From Candidatus Micrarchaeota archaeon (GTDB lineage: Archaea > Micrarchaeota > Micrarchaeia > Anstonellales > Bilamarchaeaceae): a stretch of DNA of 52,176 nt. The stretch covers positions 1-52,176 of the forward strand of contig JAZDMN010000060.1 in assembly GCA_043800955.1 (NCBI GenBank). Reading direction: 5' to 3'. The notes under the pieces are model-generated. The model was not told the origin of the DNA, did no database searches, and saw only the letters and a list, made by a program, of their open reading frames with translations. A program made the position numbers and the translations under genes. Below, piece by piece: positions 43,688-52,176 of this stretch (its first letter is position 1; each line of letters begins with the position of its first letter).

Positions 43688-45716
43688 CACTCTTCGCCTC
43701 TCTCTTTTTCCAGCTGGCCTTTGATGGGCAATTCGGGTCTATGCACATACTATATCGTGTCCTGGCTTTTTTAACGTTTATAGTCGGCTTGCCGCATGTC
43801 AGGCAAGGCTTTGCCCCTGGCGTGACCGTGGATTTCGGCGGAAGCGGGTAGGCGTTCCTGCATTTGGGATAGCCCGAGCATCCGATGAACTGGCGCCCGT
43901 CGCGCATCCGGATTATGCGGAGCTGCTCGCCGCATTTGTCGCAGGGGCCAAGCAGGTTCTCCCGCGCCTGCGTGAGCTTGAGGGCTTCGGCCAGCTCCGC
44001 GCCGATTTTCGCCTCGTTCGATTTCCATTTGTCGAGAATCTGCGTGAGGATTTCCTTGCTCTCCTTGATGACGGCCTCCTTGTCGAGCTTGCCGTCCTGA
44101 ATCAGCTCCATCTCCTCCTCCATTTTCCGGGTCAGGTTCTCATCGAGGATTTCAGGCGCATATTTCCGCAGGACGTCGTTGACTTTGAGGCCGAAATCGC
44201 TGACCTCTATCGATTTCGCCCCTGAGGCATAGCCCCTCTTGAGGAGCGTGTCGACAATCACAGAGCGCGTGGCCTTTGTGCCGAGGTGGCGCTTTTCCAG
44301 CTCAGAAATGATGGACGCCTGCGTGTAGCGCTTGGGCGGCTTCGTCTCCTTCTTTGTCTTCTTCTTGGATTTGGCATCAACGGTCTCGTCCATCTTGAAC
44401 GGCGGGAGTTCGACATCCTCCGGGGTGTAGTACTTGCCATAGAATTCGGTCCAGCCCTTCTCAATCAGCCGGCTTCCGCTTGCGGCATACACCTCCCCGC
44501 CGCAGTCGGCCTCGATGCGGTTCCTCTGGCGCTTGGCACTCGGCGCGAACGCTGCGAGGAAACGCCTGACTATAAGGTCGTAAAGGTTTTTCTCCGGCCC
44601 GCCGATGGCTCCTTTCTGCCCGGTCGGATGGATTGCGGGGTGCGCCGGGTCCTCTTTCTTGCCCTGCACCGGCGTGTACCACTTGTTCTGGACTATCTTC
44701 TTCACCAGCTCGGAGTATTCAGGATTCGACGCGAGGGCTGAGATTATCGGCGGAAGCTTGATTGTCGGGGGCAGCTGCTGCGATGACGTCCTGGGGTATG
44801 TTATCAGGGAGGCCTCGTATAGGTTCTGCGCGATTTCGAGCGTGCGTGAGGGCGGGTAGCTAAAAAGCCGGAAGGCCTCCACCTGCAGGCTCGTCAAATC
44901 GAAATTGGGCTGTGCCGGGACCTCCTGCTCCTTGACGTCCACGAGTATGACATATCCCTTCTCTTTCGTGCGCTCGAGCGCGGTAGTGGCATTGGCCTCC
45001 TCCAGGAACCGACCGCTTTTATGCAGGAATTCCACGTCTTTAATCACGACGCTAAGCTCCCAATACGGTGTCGGCACGAAAGCGCGGATGTCTTTTTCCA
45101 AATCTGACAGCAGCATGAGGCCGGGACCTTGTACGCGGCCGATAGAGAGGACGCGGTATCCGTGGGCCTTGTGCAGAGCGCCCATGAGCGCGCGGCTGAG
45201 GTTGATGCCGTAGAACCAGTCTATGATGTGCCTCGTCTCGCCCGCATAGGCGTTGTTGTAGTCGAAATCCGTGCGCTCCTCATAGGCGCTTGAGAGGTCC
45301 TCCTTCGTGAGGGCCGAGAACTTCATCCTGCGGCCCTCGCGGATTGTCGTCGCGAAGCGGAAGATGTTGTACGCTATCGTGCTGCCCTCGATATCATAGT
45401 CGCAGGCCGAGACGAAGACGTCTGCCTTCTTTCCGAGCTTCTGCAGCAGCTCGACATATCCCTTGGTATATGCAGCCGCTTTAGACGCAGTGTATGAGGG
45501 CACCCATTCGATGTCGAACGCCGGGTACGTGCGCGTCCTTTCCTTCTCGATCAGAGTGTAGACGTGCCCGACGGCCGGGGCGATGACTATCTCCTTGCCG
45601 TCCCTCTCGGTCTCGTAATAGGAGACGCCGTTGTGTCCTTTCTTCTCGACTTTGTCGCCGATTGCCATCGCTATTTTCTCTGCTACCCTTGGTTTTTCTG
45701 CAACAATGAGCTCCAT
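43665..45716 (-). CDS. topA: DNA topoisomerase I (type IA)
   Basis: LIVAEKP, ACDYDIEG, SIGRVQ, ITYPRT, GTKATR, C-terminal Zn ribbons. Confidence 0.96.
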   Translation of the reverse strand: MELIVAEKPRVAEKIAMAIGDKVEKKGHNGVSYYETERDGKEIVIAPAVGHVYTLIEKERTRTYPAFDIEWVPSYTASKAAAYTKGYVELLQKLGKKADVFVSACDYDIEGSTIAYNIFRFATTIREGRRMKFSALTKEDLSSAYEERTDFDYNNAYAGETRHIIDWFYGINLSRALMGALHKAHGYRVLSIGRVQGPGLMLLSDLEKDIRAFVPTPYWELSVVIKDVEFLHKSGRFLEEANATTALERTKEKGYVILVDVKEQEVPAQPNFDLTSLQVEAFRLFSYPPSRTLEIAQNLYEASLITYPRTSSQQLPPTIKLPPIISALASNPEYSELVKKIVQNKWYTPVQGKKEDPAHPAIHPTGQKGAIGGPEKNLYDLIVRRFLAAFAPSAKRQRNRIEADCGGEVYAASGSRLIEKGWTEFYGKYYTPEDVELPPFKMDETVDAKSKKKTKKETKPPKRYTQASIISELEKRHLGTKATRSVIVDTLLKRGYASGAKSIEVSDFGLKVNDVLRKYAPEILDENLTRKMEEEMELIQDGKLDKEAVIKESKEILTQILDKWKSNEAKIGAELAEALKLTQARENLLGPCDKCGEQLRIIRMRDGRQFIGCSGYPKCRNAYPLPPKSTVTPGAKPCLTCGKPTINVKKARTRYSMCIDPNCPSKASWKKREAKSDGDEKDI

Positions 45717-45809
45717 AAGAATCTGATTCCTCACTTGAAATCGCAAGAAATATATAGGTAACTGGATTTTTGTCGTCCCGAATGGCAATAGGCGGGTGGG
45801 GCGCAAAGC

Positions 45810-47030
45810 TCAGTCATAGCGAAGCGCTTCGACGGGGTCCATCTTGGCCGCGCGCCAGGCAGGCAGGAAACCGGCCAGCACGCCGGTCCCTATTGAGAAG
45901 ACGAACACGAAGGCGATTATGCGGAGCCTGAGGAATGCGGGCACGGCAAACATATCGACAAGCAGCTGCAGGAGGAGGTATCCCAGGATGAGGCCTATCA
46001 CTCCGCCTGCGAGCCCTATGATGGCGCTCTCTATGAGGAATATGGCAAGTATGTCGGATTTCGTCGCCCCGACAGCCTTGAGTATCCCGATTTCGCGGAT
46101 GCGCTCAAGGACGTTCATGAACATCGTGTTGGCTATCCCTATCGCTCCGACGACCGAGGCTATCATCGTAACCGCGGCCAGCACAAGCTGGATGCTAAGG
46201 AGGATGGTCCCTACGATTTCGGATATCTGGTCCGAGGTTATGACCGAGAAATCAAGGTCGTCAAGCTTGACACGATGGTTGTCGGCAAGCTTGCGCTCTA
46301 TCGTGGCCTTGATATCATCGGGATGGAATCCCGAATCCACCTGCACCATGATGATGCTCACTTCGTCATCAAGCAGCTGCCCGCGGAACAGTTCCTTTGA
46401 ATCGTCGAAAGAGACATAAATCTGCGAGTCATCCTGCGAGGAGAGCGAGGTGCCGATTTTTTTCTGGATTCCGACGACGCGGTAGTTCTTCCCGTTGATC
46501 TGCACGACGCTCCCGACCTGGACCTTTTCCTTCCCGAAGTATTCGGTGGCGGCATCGGCACCGAAGAAAGCGACGTTCCGCTCGCCTTCTTTGAAAATCC
46601 GGCCGGATTCGACCTCGATGTAATTGCTGTACATGTCGAACATCGAATTGTCGGTCCCCAGCAGGAAAACCGATATGTTCTTGCCCTTGTAGGACAGGCT
46701 GGCCCGCCCCATGATGGAACGCGCCACCTCCTTGACTCCGGGTATGCCCTTGATGTCGTCCACGTCGGCCTGCCGAAGCTTTCCGCTCGTCTGCATCAGC
46801 GAACCGCTGGAAAGCGACGAACCGATGTCTCCAACTGGATATACAAACATCATATCCGAGCCGAAGGCGGATATCTGGGTGTTGATGTCGCGATTGAAGC
46901 CTTCGCTTATGGATAGGATTACCACTATCGCTATCACGCCGATTACCATTCCGAGAATGGTGAGCCAGCTGCGGAGGCTGCGCCTAACAAGGTTGTTGAA
47001 CCCGTACATGCCGGCTTCAATCGGGTCCAT
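45810..47030 (-). CDS. ABC transporter permease (MacB/FtsX family)
   Basis: RSWLTILG, ERIREIGILKAVGA, PAWRAAKMDPVEALRY. Confidence 0.93.
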   Translation of the reverse strand: MDPIEAGMYGFNNLVRRSLRSWLTILGMVIGVIAIVVILSISEGFNRDINTQISAFGSDMMFVYPVGDIGSSLSSGSLMQTSGKLRQADVDDIKGIPGVKEVARSIMGRASLSYKGKNISVFLLGTDNSMFDMYSNYIEVESGRIFKEGERNVAFFGADAATEYFGKEKVQVGSVVQINGKNYRVVGIQKKIGTSLSSQDDSQIYVSFDDSKELFRGQLLDDEVSIIMVQVDSGFHPDDIKATIERKLADNHRVKLDDLDFSVITSDQISEIVGTILLSIQLVLAAVTMIASVVGAIGIANTMFMNVLERIREIGILKAVGATKSDILAIFLIESAIIGLAGGVIGLILGYLLLQLLVDMFAVPAFLRLRIIAFVFVFSIGTGVLAGFLPAWRAAKMDPVEALRYD

Positions 47031-48245
47031 TCACTCGTACCTCAGCGCCTCTATCGGGTCCACCTTTGCCGCATCAATCGCGGGCTTCGTGCCCGAAATC
47101 AGCCCAAGCGTTATTGAAAATGCTATCGAGCCACCGATGACGAGAGGGTCGAATACGAATGTCAGCTTCAAAAGCAGGATGAGCACATACCCGATTCCGA
47201 CTGCGGTCAGCAGCCCTAGCAATCCGCCCGCCAGCCCAAGCAGGCTCGCTTCGACAATGAAGATGTTCCGTATCTGCTCGGTCGTCGCGCCTATCGCCTT
47301 CATCGTGCCGATTTCCCGCCTCCGCTCAAGCACACTCATGAACATTGTGTTCATTATGCCGACGCCTCCGACAATAAGAGAGATGGATGCAATCGCGCTC
47401 AAAAACAGGGTGAGCAGATCGAGGATGGTCGTGAAGCGATCGTTGATGAATTTCGGCGTGATGACCGTGAAATCCTTCGTATCTTTCGTGACGCGGTGGG
47501 ATGCCATCAGCTCATCCTCGATGCGCTGGGCATCGGCTTCGACATCGCTCCCTTCCTTAAGCGTCAGGCGCATAGCCGATATCTCGCCTTCAAGCAGGCT
47601 CTCGTTAAAGAGGTCACGGGCATCGTCGAAGGCGATGAATATCACGTTGTCTATTGGGGCAAACGAGTTTCCTGTCGGCTTCAGGACTCCTAGCACCTTG
47701 AACTTTTTACCAGAGAGGTATATGTTCGACTGGATCTTGACATCGGTCTCAAAGCCGGTAGCGACCCCATTGCCAAGGCCGGCCACTCCCCGGTCGCTGC
47801 TTTCAAGGAAACGCCCGGAATCGACCTCGACCGGAACCGTGTCGTCGAAAAGGCCGGCCTCAATCCCATAGACCGTGCCGCTTATGGATTCGTTCTTGAA
47901 CGTCACGGTCGTCTGGCTGGTGATTATCTTTGTGATGCTCTTGATGTCGGCAAGCCGCTTGATGCGCTCGTAGTCCTTCTCGAAAAGCTTCCCCTTTGTA
48001 GGCAGGAACGACGATGCCCCGCCTATTGCCGCCCCGCCCCCGGCCCTTGCGGGCGAGATGATTATGGTCCTTGGGCCGAAGTCCTCGAGCTGCGTCAGGA
48101 TGTCCTTCTTCAGGCCCTGAACGAGCCCGACAAGAAGGATTACAGACGAGATGCCTACGACTATCCCCAGCACAGTAAGGAAAGTGCGGAGCTTGTGGTG
48201 CTGGAGGTAGTCGATCGAATACGCCAGCATCTCGGTCAGATTCAT
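47031..48245 (-). CDS. ABC transporter permease (MacB/FtsX family)
   Basis: RTFLTVLG, ERRREIGTMKAIGA, DPIEALRYE. Confidence 0.93.
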   Translation of the reverse strand: MNLTEMLAYSIDYLQHHKLRTFLTVLGIVVGISSVILLVGLVQGLKKDILTQLEDFGPRTIIISPARAGGGAAIGGASSFLPTKGKLFEKDYERIKRLADIKSITKIITSQTTVTFKNESISGTVYGIEAGLFDDTVPVEVDSGRFLESSDRGVAGLGNGVATGFETDVKIQSNIYLSGKKFKVLGVLKPTGNSFAPIDNVIFIAFDDARDLFNESLLEGEISAMRLTLKEGSDVEADAQRIEDELMASHRVTKDTKDFTVITPKFINDRFTTILDLLTLFLSAIASISLIVGGVGIMNTMFMSVLERRREIGTMKAIGATTEQIRNIFIVEASLLGLAGGLLGLLTAVGIGYVLILLLKLTFVFDPLVIGGSIAFSITLGLISGTKPAIDAAKVDPIEALRYE

Positions 48246-48247
48246 CT

Positions 48248-49696
48248 TCAGGCCTTCCGGAACTTGAAGTACCAGAGCACTAATAGGAGGCCGAAACCCC
48301 CGGCAATCAGCGGGAGCGGGCTTTGCTCCGTAACAACGCCGTTGTGCACTGATATCATCTGGGTAATCACCCTCTGCTTCCATTCCCCGGACTGGTCGCG
48401 GTAGTTGACCGTTACGCTTACCGGGTAGTCGCCCTCAGCGGTCGCATTCGTCTTCATGAGGAATTGGACCGTCGAGAAGTCGTCGCTCTGGAGCCCGCCG
48501 ATGTATTGCTTGTCGGAAAGGTCGAGCGAGCTTAATGCCGGCGACTTGATGCCCACGTCAACATTCTCTATCGGGTATGAGCCCAGGTTCGAAACGAGGA
48601 CAGATATCGTGTGCTCGGTGCCTATCGTGAGCGGAAGCGGCTTGGCTTCCAGGTACACCCCGACATCGGCATCAGAGCTAATCGTCAGGGGTAACTGGCG
48701 GCTCCCTTCCTTCTGCACGTCGCGTTCAATCCAGCTCAGCTCTGATGCAACGAGGTTCACTCCCGGAGGCAGCTCTGCGAAAACCGTTGCAGTGGCGGTT
48801 GCGCTTTCGCCGGGTTTGAGATCTCCGAACTTTATCTCATCAGAATCCTTTATTCGAATAGAGTCGTTCGGGAAAGAGAGCCGTATGTCCCTGAGCGTTT
48901 CTGTGCCGTCGTTGCGGACCGAAAGCTTCAGCGCCCCTTCCTTCTTGGTGATTATGTCGCTCTCCTGGCTGAACGTCAGGTCCAGCCGCTCGTTTCGGAC
49001 GGTCATCCTTATCGTAACGTTATTTTCAATAGGGATACCGAGCTCGTCCTCGTAATTGAGTTTCAATACAACATCGGTCGGGCCATCCTGGGCATCGCGG
49101 GAGTCCAATGTCAAATCCACGGTTTTGTTGCCTGTGAGTTCGCCCAGATAAATCTGGTCGGAACCGTAGAGGGATACCGTACCAACCGTGGTGAGCTTCG
49201 CACTCTTTGCCTGCCCGCCATTGTTGCTTATCGTCAGCCTGACCGTGTCGATGCTTGAGAGCACGGTCCGGTCGACCGTGAATGACAATTCGGGCTCGTT
49301 GACGACTGTGATGGGGATTGACACTGTGTTTATCGAAGTCTGGGAGGAGCCCGTAGCGCCCACGCTCTTGTATCCGGCGAACTGGACGTTCAGGAGATAA
49401 ATCCCCGGCCTTGCATTATCCGACACCCGGAAGGGTATGGAGACTATCGCGGAGCCTCCCGCATCGATATCAGACATCTTGGGGGCGCTTGTCACCTGGA
49501 TTTCGGGCGGATTCTGGATTGTCATCGTGATAGCAGAAACCCGCTCGGAACCGATGGGGTTTGACACCGTGACAGTGGCTACGCCCGGTTCGTTGGGCGA
49601 ATAGACCGATTTGGTCAATGAGAAATTCTCCACCGAAAGCCCCGCAAATGACATGCCAAGGGTCAGCATCAGCAATAATACAATCGTCCATTTCAT
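48248..49696 (-). CDS. COG1361 S-layer/Ig-like domain membrane protein of the ABC operon
   Basis: Signal peptide, repeated N.G..A / YLGEL Ig-like units, C-terminal TM helix. Confidence 0.8.
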   Translation of the reverse strand: MKWTIVLLLMLTLGMSFAGLSVENFSLTKSVYSPNEPGVATVTVSNPIGSERVSAITMTIQNPPEIQVTSAPKMSDIDAGGSAIVSIPFRVSDNARPGIYLLNVQFAGYKSVGATGSSQTSINTVSIPITVVNEPELSFTVDRTVLSSIDTVRLTISNNGGQAKSAKLTTVGTVSLYGSDQIYLGELTGNKTVDLTLDSRDAQDGPTDVVLKLNYEDELGIPIENNVTIRMTVRNERLDLTFSQESDIITKKEGALKLSVRNDGTETLRDIRLSFPNDSIRIKDSDEIKFGDLKPGESATATATVFAELPPGVNLVASELSWIERDVQKEGSRQLPLTISSDADVGVYLEAKPLPLTIGTEHTISVLVSNLGSYPIENVDVGIKSPALSSLDLSDKQYIGGLQSDDFSTVQFLMKTNATAEGDYPVSVTVNYRDQSGEWKQRVITQMISVHNGVVTEQSPLPLIAGGFGLLLVLWYFKFRKA

Positions 49697-49698
49697 TT

Positions 49699-50385
49699 TC
49701 ACACCTTCTCAATCATCCCATCTTTTATCCTCACGACGCGGTCCGTCACTTTCGTGATGTACTGGTCGTGCGTTATTATTACTACGGTCTTCCCCTGCTC
49801 GTGCAGGTTTTTCAGAAGCATGAGGATATCGTGGCCGGTCTTGGAGTCCAGATTGCCGGTCGGCTCGTCAGCGAGTATGAGCTCGGGCGAGTTCACCAGC
49901 GCTCGGGCGATGGCCACCCTCTGCCTCTGGCCCCCTGATAGCTCGTTCGGATGGTGGTGCAGACGGTCGCCCAAACCCACCTGCTTGAGGAGGGAGGCGG
50001 CCTTTTCCCTGCGCCCTGGGAATGCGCCGCGGCAGAGCATAAGCGGAATCTCCACGTTCTCGAGCGCTGTCAGGCTGGGTATCAAGTTGAAGGTCTGGAA
50101 AATGAATCCTATCTTGAGTCCGCGGACCCGGGCCTGCTCGTCCTCGCTCATGCGGCTGGATTCGATGCCATCGAGGTAGCGCTTGCCGGACGTGGGGCTA
50201 TCAAGCAGGCCGACCATATGCAGCAGCGTCGATTTCCCGGAGCCGCTGGGGCCGAGTATGGAGACGAACTCGCCTTTCTTTACCACGAGGTCTATTCCGC
50301 GCAGGGCTTCAACGGTGACGCCTTTGCCCATCGGGTAGACCTTTGTGATTTTCTCAAGGCGGACCACATCGTTTGCCGTTGCCAT
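49699..50385 (-). CDS. ABC transporter ATP-binding protein (LolD/MacB-like)
   Basis: GPSGSGKST, LSGGQRQR, ADEPTGNLD. Confidence 0.95.
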   Translation of the reverse strand: MATANDVVRLEKITKVYPMGKGVTVEALRGIDLVVKKGEFVSILGPSGSGKSTLLHMVGLLDSPTSGKRYLDGIESSRMSEDEQARVRGLKIGFIFQTFNLIPSLTALENVEIPLMLCRGAFPGRREKAASLLKQVGLGDRLHHHPNELSGGQRQRVAIARALVNSPELILADEPTGNLDSKTGHDILMLLKNLHEQGKTVVIITHDQYITKVTDRVVRIKDGMIEKV

Positions 50386-50480
50386 CCAGTCATCTCCAAA
50401 GCAAGTTCATTCAATCCATTATTGTATATATCCCTTGCACTCTGCATCCCTTGGACCAATTTTGACTTTCCCCGGTGAGT

Positions 50481-50840
50481 TCATTTAACCATCTCTCTCA
50501 GGAACTGCCTTTTTAGCGGACTCTCGCACATGCATTTCTTCGCCTGCGCCAGCGCTGCTCTACCGGCGCCCGTGATGTTGTACACTTTCCGGACACGCTT
50601 GCCCTGCATCACCCTCTCCTGCGAAATCAGCCCCTGCTTCAGTAGCGAATTCAGCATCGGATAAAGCTGGCTGGCAGTAATCACATGGAATTTCTCTTCC
50701 TCATCAAGCCTTTTTATCAGCTCGTACCCGTGAGTCCTGTGCTTGGAGATGTACCAGAGAAGGAACGTCGAGAACATGTGGCGCATGACCCTCTTTTCGA
50801 AAGCCCTGCGGTTCCCGGCGTCGCTGAATGCCATATTCAT
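50481..50840 (-). CDS. PadR-family transcriptional regulator
   Basis: HGYELIK, LYPMLNSL, RKVYNITGAG; upstream of the ABC operon. Confidence 0.88.
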   Translation of the reverse strand: MNMAFSDAGNRRAFEKRVMRHMFSTFLLWYISKHRTHGYELIKRLDEEEKFHVITASQLYPMLNSLLKQGLISQERVMQGKRVRKVYNITGAGRAALAQAKKCMCESPLKRQFLREMVK

Positions 50841-50951
50841 ATTAAACGATATATCTATTTTATTATATATATTTAAAGCGATAGGTGCGGGGAACGCCCG
50901 GGGGCATCGGTGGAAATCATCTTTAAAACCCTTTATGGGGAAATACCGTCC

Positions 50952-52176
50952 ATGGCTGATTTTGAGGTTAAGGACATGGCCCTTGCAGGCCAGGGGAAGC
51001 TGAATATCGAATACGCCGAGCGCAACATGCCCATCATGCTCATGATAAGGAAGAGGTTCGCAAAAGAGCTGCCCTTCAAGGGGATGCGCATAGGCATGGC
51101 CTTGCATGTGACCAAGGAGACGGCGGTCCTCGTGCGCACGCTCAGGGAGGGCGGGGCGCAGGTGGCTATTGCTGGATGCAATCCGCTCTCGACCCAGGAT
51201 GATGTCGCTGCCGCTCTTGCCCAGGAGGGCATTGCCGTTTTCGCCAAGAAAGGGGAGACGAATGAGGAGTACTACCGCTACATAGACGAGGTCATAAGCA
51301 GAGGCCCGGACCTCACGATTGACGACGGATGCGACCTGATAAGCGCGCTCCACACGAGGCATGCGGATAAGCTGAAGAAACTAATCGGCGGGTGCGAGGA
51401 GACTACGACCGGGGTCATCCGCCTGAGGGCGATGGAGGCTGACGGGGCGCTCAAATGCCCGGTAGTCGCGGTCAACGACAACAAGACCAAGCACCTGCTG
51501 GACAATTACTACGGCACAGGCCAATCGACGATAGACGGGATTCTCCGGGCGACCAACACGCTGATTGCTGGCAAGGTTTTCGTGGTCTGCGGATACGGGG
51601 ACTGCGGAAAGGGCGTTGCGCTGCGGGCTAGGGGCATGGGCGCCAATGTCGTCGTGACCGAAGTCGACGCTTTCAGGGCCCTCCAGGCAACGCTGGACGG
51701 CTACTCGGTGATGCCTATTTCGAAGGCCGCCGCAATCGGGGACATATTCCTCACAGTGACGGGAGACAAGGACGTAATCACGATAGAGCATGTGAAAAAG
51801 ATGAAGGATGGCGCCATCTTGGCGAATTCAGGCCATTTCGACTGTGAGGTGGATATGGCCTCGATGAACAAGAGCTTCAAAAAGCGCAGGATACGCCCGT
51901 CCCTAGACGAATACGATATTGGGGGAAGGAAGGTGTTCGTCTGCGGCGAAGGCAGGCTCATCAACCTGGCCGCCGCAGAAGGCCACCCCAGCGAGGTGAT
52001 GGCGACTTCATTCGCAGGCCAGTCGCTCGCGTGCGAGTTTTTGGTGAAAAACAAGGGGAAGCTTAAGGCCGGCGTGGTCACCCTTCCGCCGGAAATCGAC
52101 CAGAGGATAGCGGAACTGCAGCTTGAAGCGATGGGCGTCATGAAGGATTCGCTGACGAAAGCGCAGGAGAAGTACC
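50952..52176 (+). CDS. ahcY: S-adenosylhomocysteine hydrolase, truncated at window edge
   Basis: LHVTKET, CNPLSTQD, EETTTG, KHLLDNYYGTGQS, GYGDCGKG, NSGHFD, EGHP. Confidence 0.96.
   Translation, partial: MADFEVKDMALAGQGKLNIEYAERNMPIMLMIRKRFAKELPFKGMRIGMALHVTKETAVLVRTLREGGAQVAIAGCNPLSTQDDVAAALAQEGIAVFAKKGETNEEYYRYIDEVISRGPDLTIDDGCDLISALHTRHADKLKKLIGGCEETTTGVIRLRAMEADGALKCPVVAVNDNKTKHLLDNYYGTGQSTIDGILRATNTLIAGKVFVVCGYGDCGKGVALRARGMGANVVVTEVDAFRALQATLDGYSVMPISKAAAIGDIFLTVTGDKDVITIEHVKKMKDGAILANSGHFDCEVDMASMNKSFKKRRIRPSLDEYDIGGRKVFVCGEGRLINLAAAEGHPSEVMATSFAGQSLACEFLVKNKGKLKAGVVTLPPEIDQRIAELQLEAMGVMKDSLTKAQEKY

Noticed and set aside
45810-50840. PadR-ABC-COG1361-double permease operon as a novel system
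   Set aside because: Common arrangement in archaea
50841-51362. Long N-terminal extension of PadR in the ORF track
   Set aside because: Overlaps ahcY on the opposite strand; the PadR domain begins near 50840

Overview
Archaeal chromosomal segment (TFB, Topo VI A/B, archaeal TopA, RtcB/archease, intron-containing tRNA, C/D-box sRNAs). Many Cys-rich surface proteins and lineage-specific ORFs suggest a DPANN archaeon, possibly Micrarchaeota; this taxonomy is an inference. Most of the window is housekeeping or metabolic. The most unusual structure lies at 15279-18990, where tRNA-Asn(GTT) is followed by a tandem array of small, AT-richer, mostly single-gene cassettes. Several cassettes end in a conserved ~70-bp module that terminates in a copy of the tRNA 3' end (TTCTCCGGGGCG). 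One cassette is a non-coding, highly structured ~150-nt element, and no integrase is present in the window. This looks like an integron-like gene-capture array anchored at a tRNA. Other highlights: a divergent arginine synthetase (ArcE-like)/carbamate kinase pair; a COG0523 metallochaperone between rtcB and archease; a caspase-like lipoprotein with a beta-barrel-like C-terminus; a secreted protein with a lytic transglycosylase motif next to a 1604-aa membrane protein; a long-N-terminus HicA/HicB-like pair; back-to-back C/D-box sRNAs sharing one palindromic TATA box; an AAA-wHTH gene with an apparent ATC start and a palindromic operator; and several small ORFs absent from the ORF track. All family assignments come from motif recognition by eye, not database searches.
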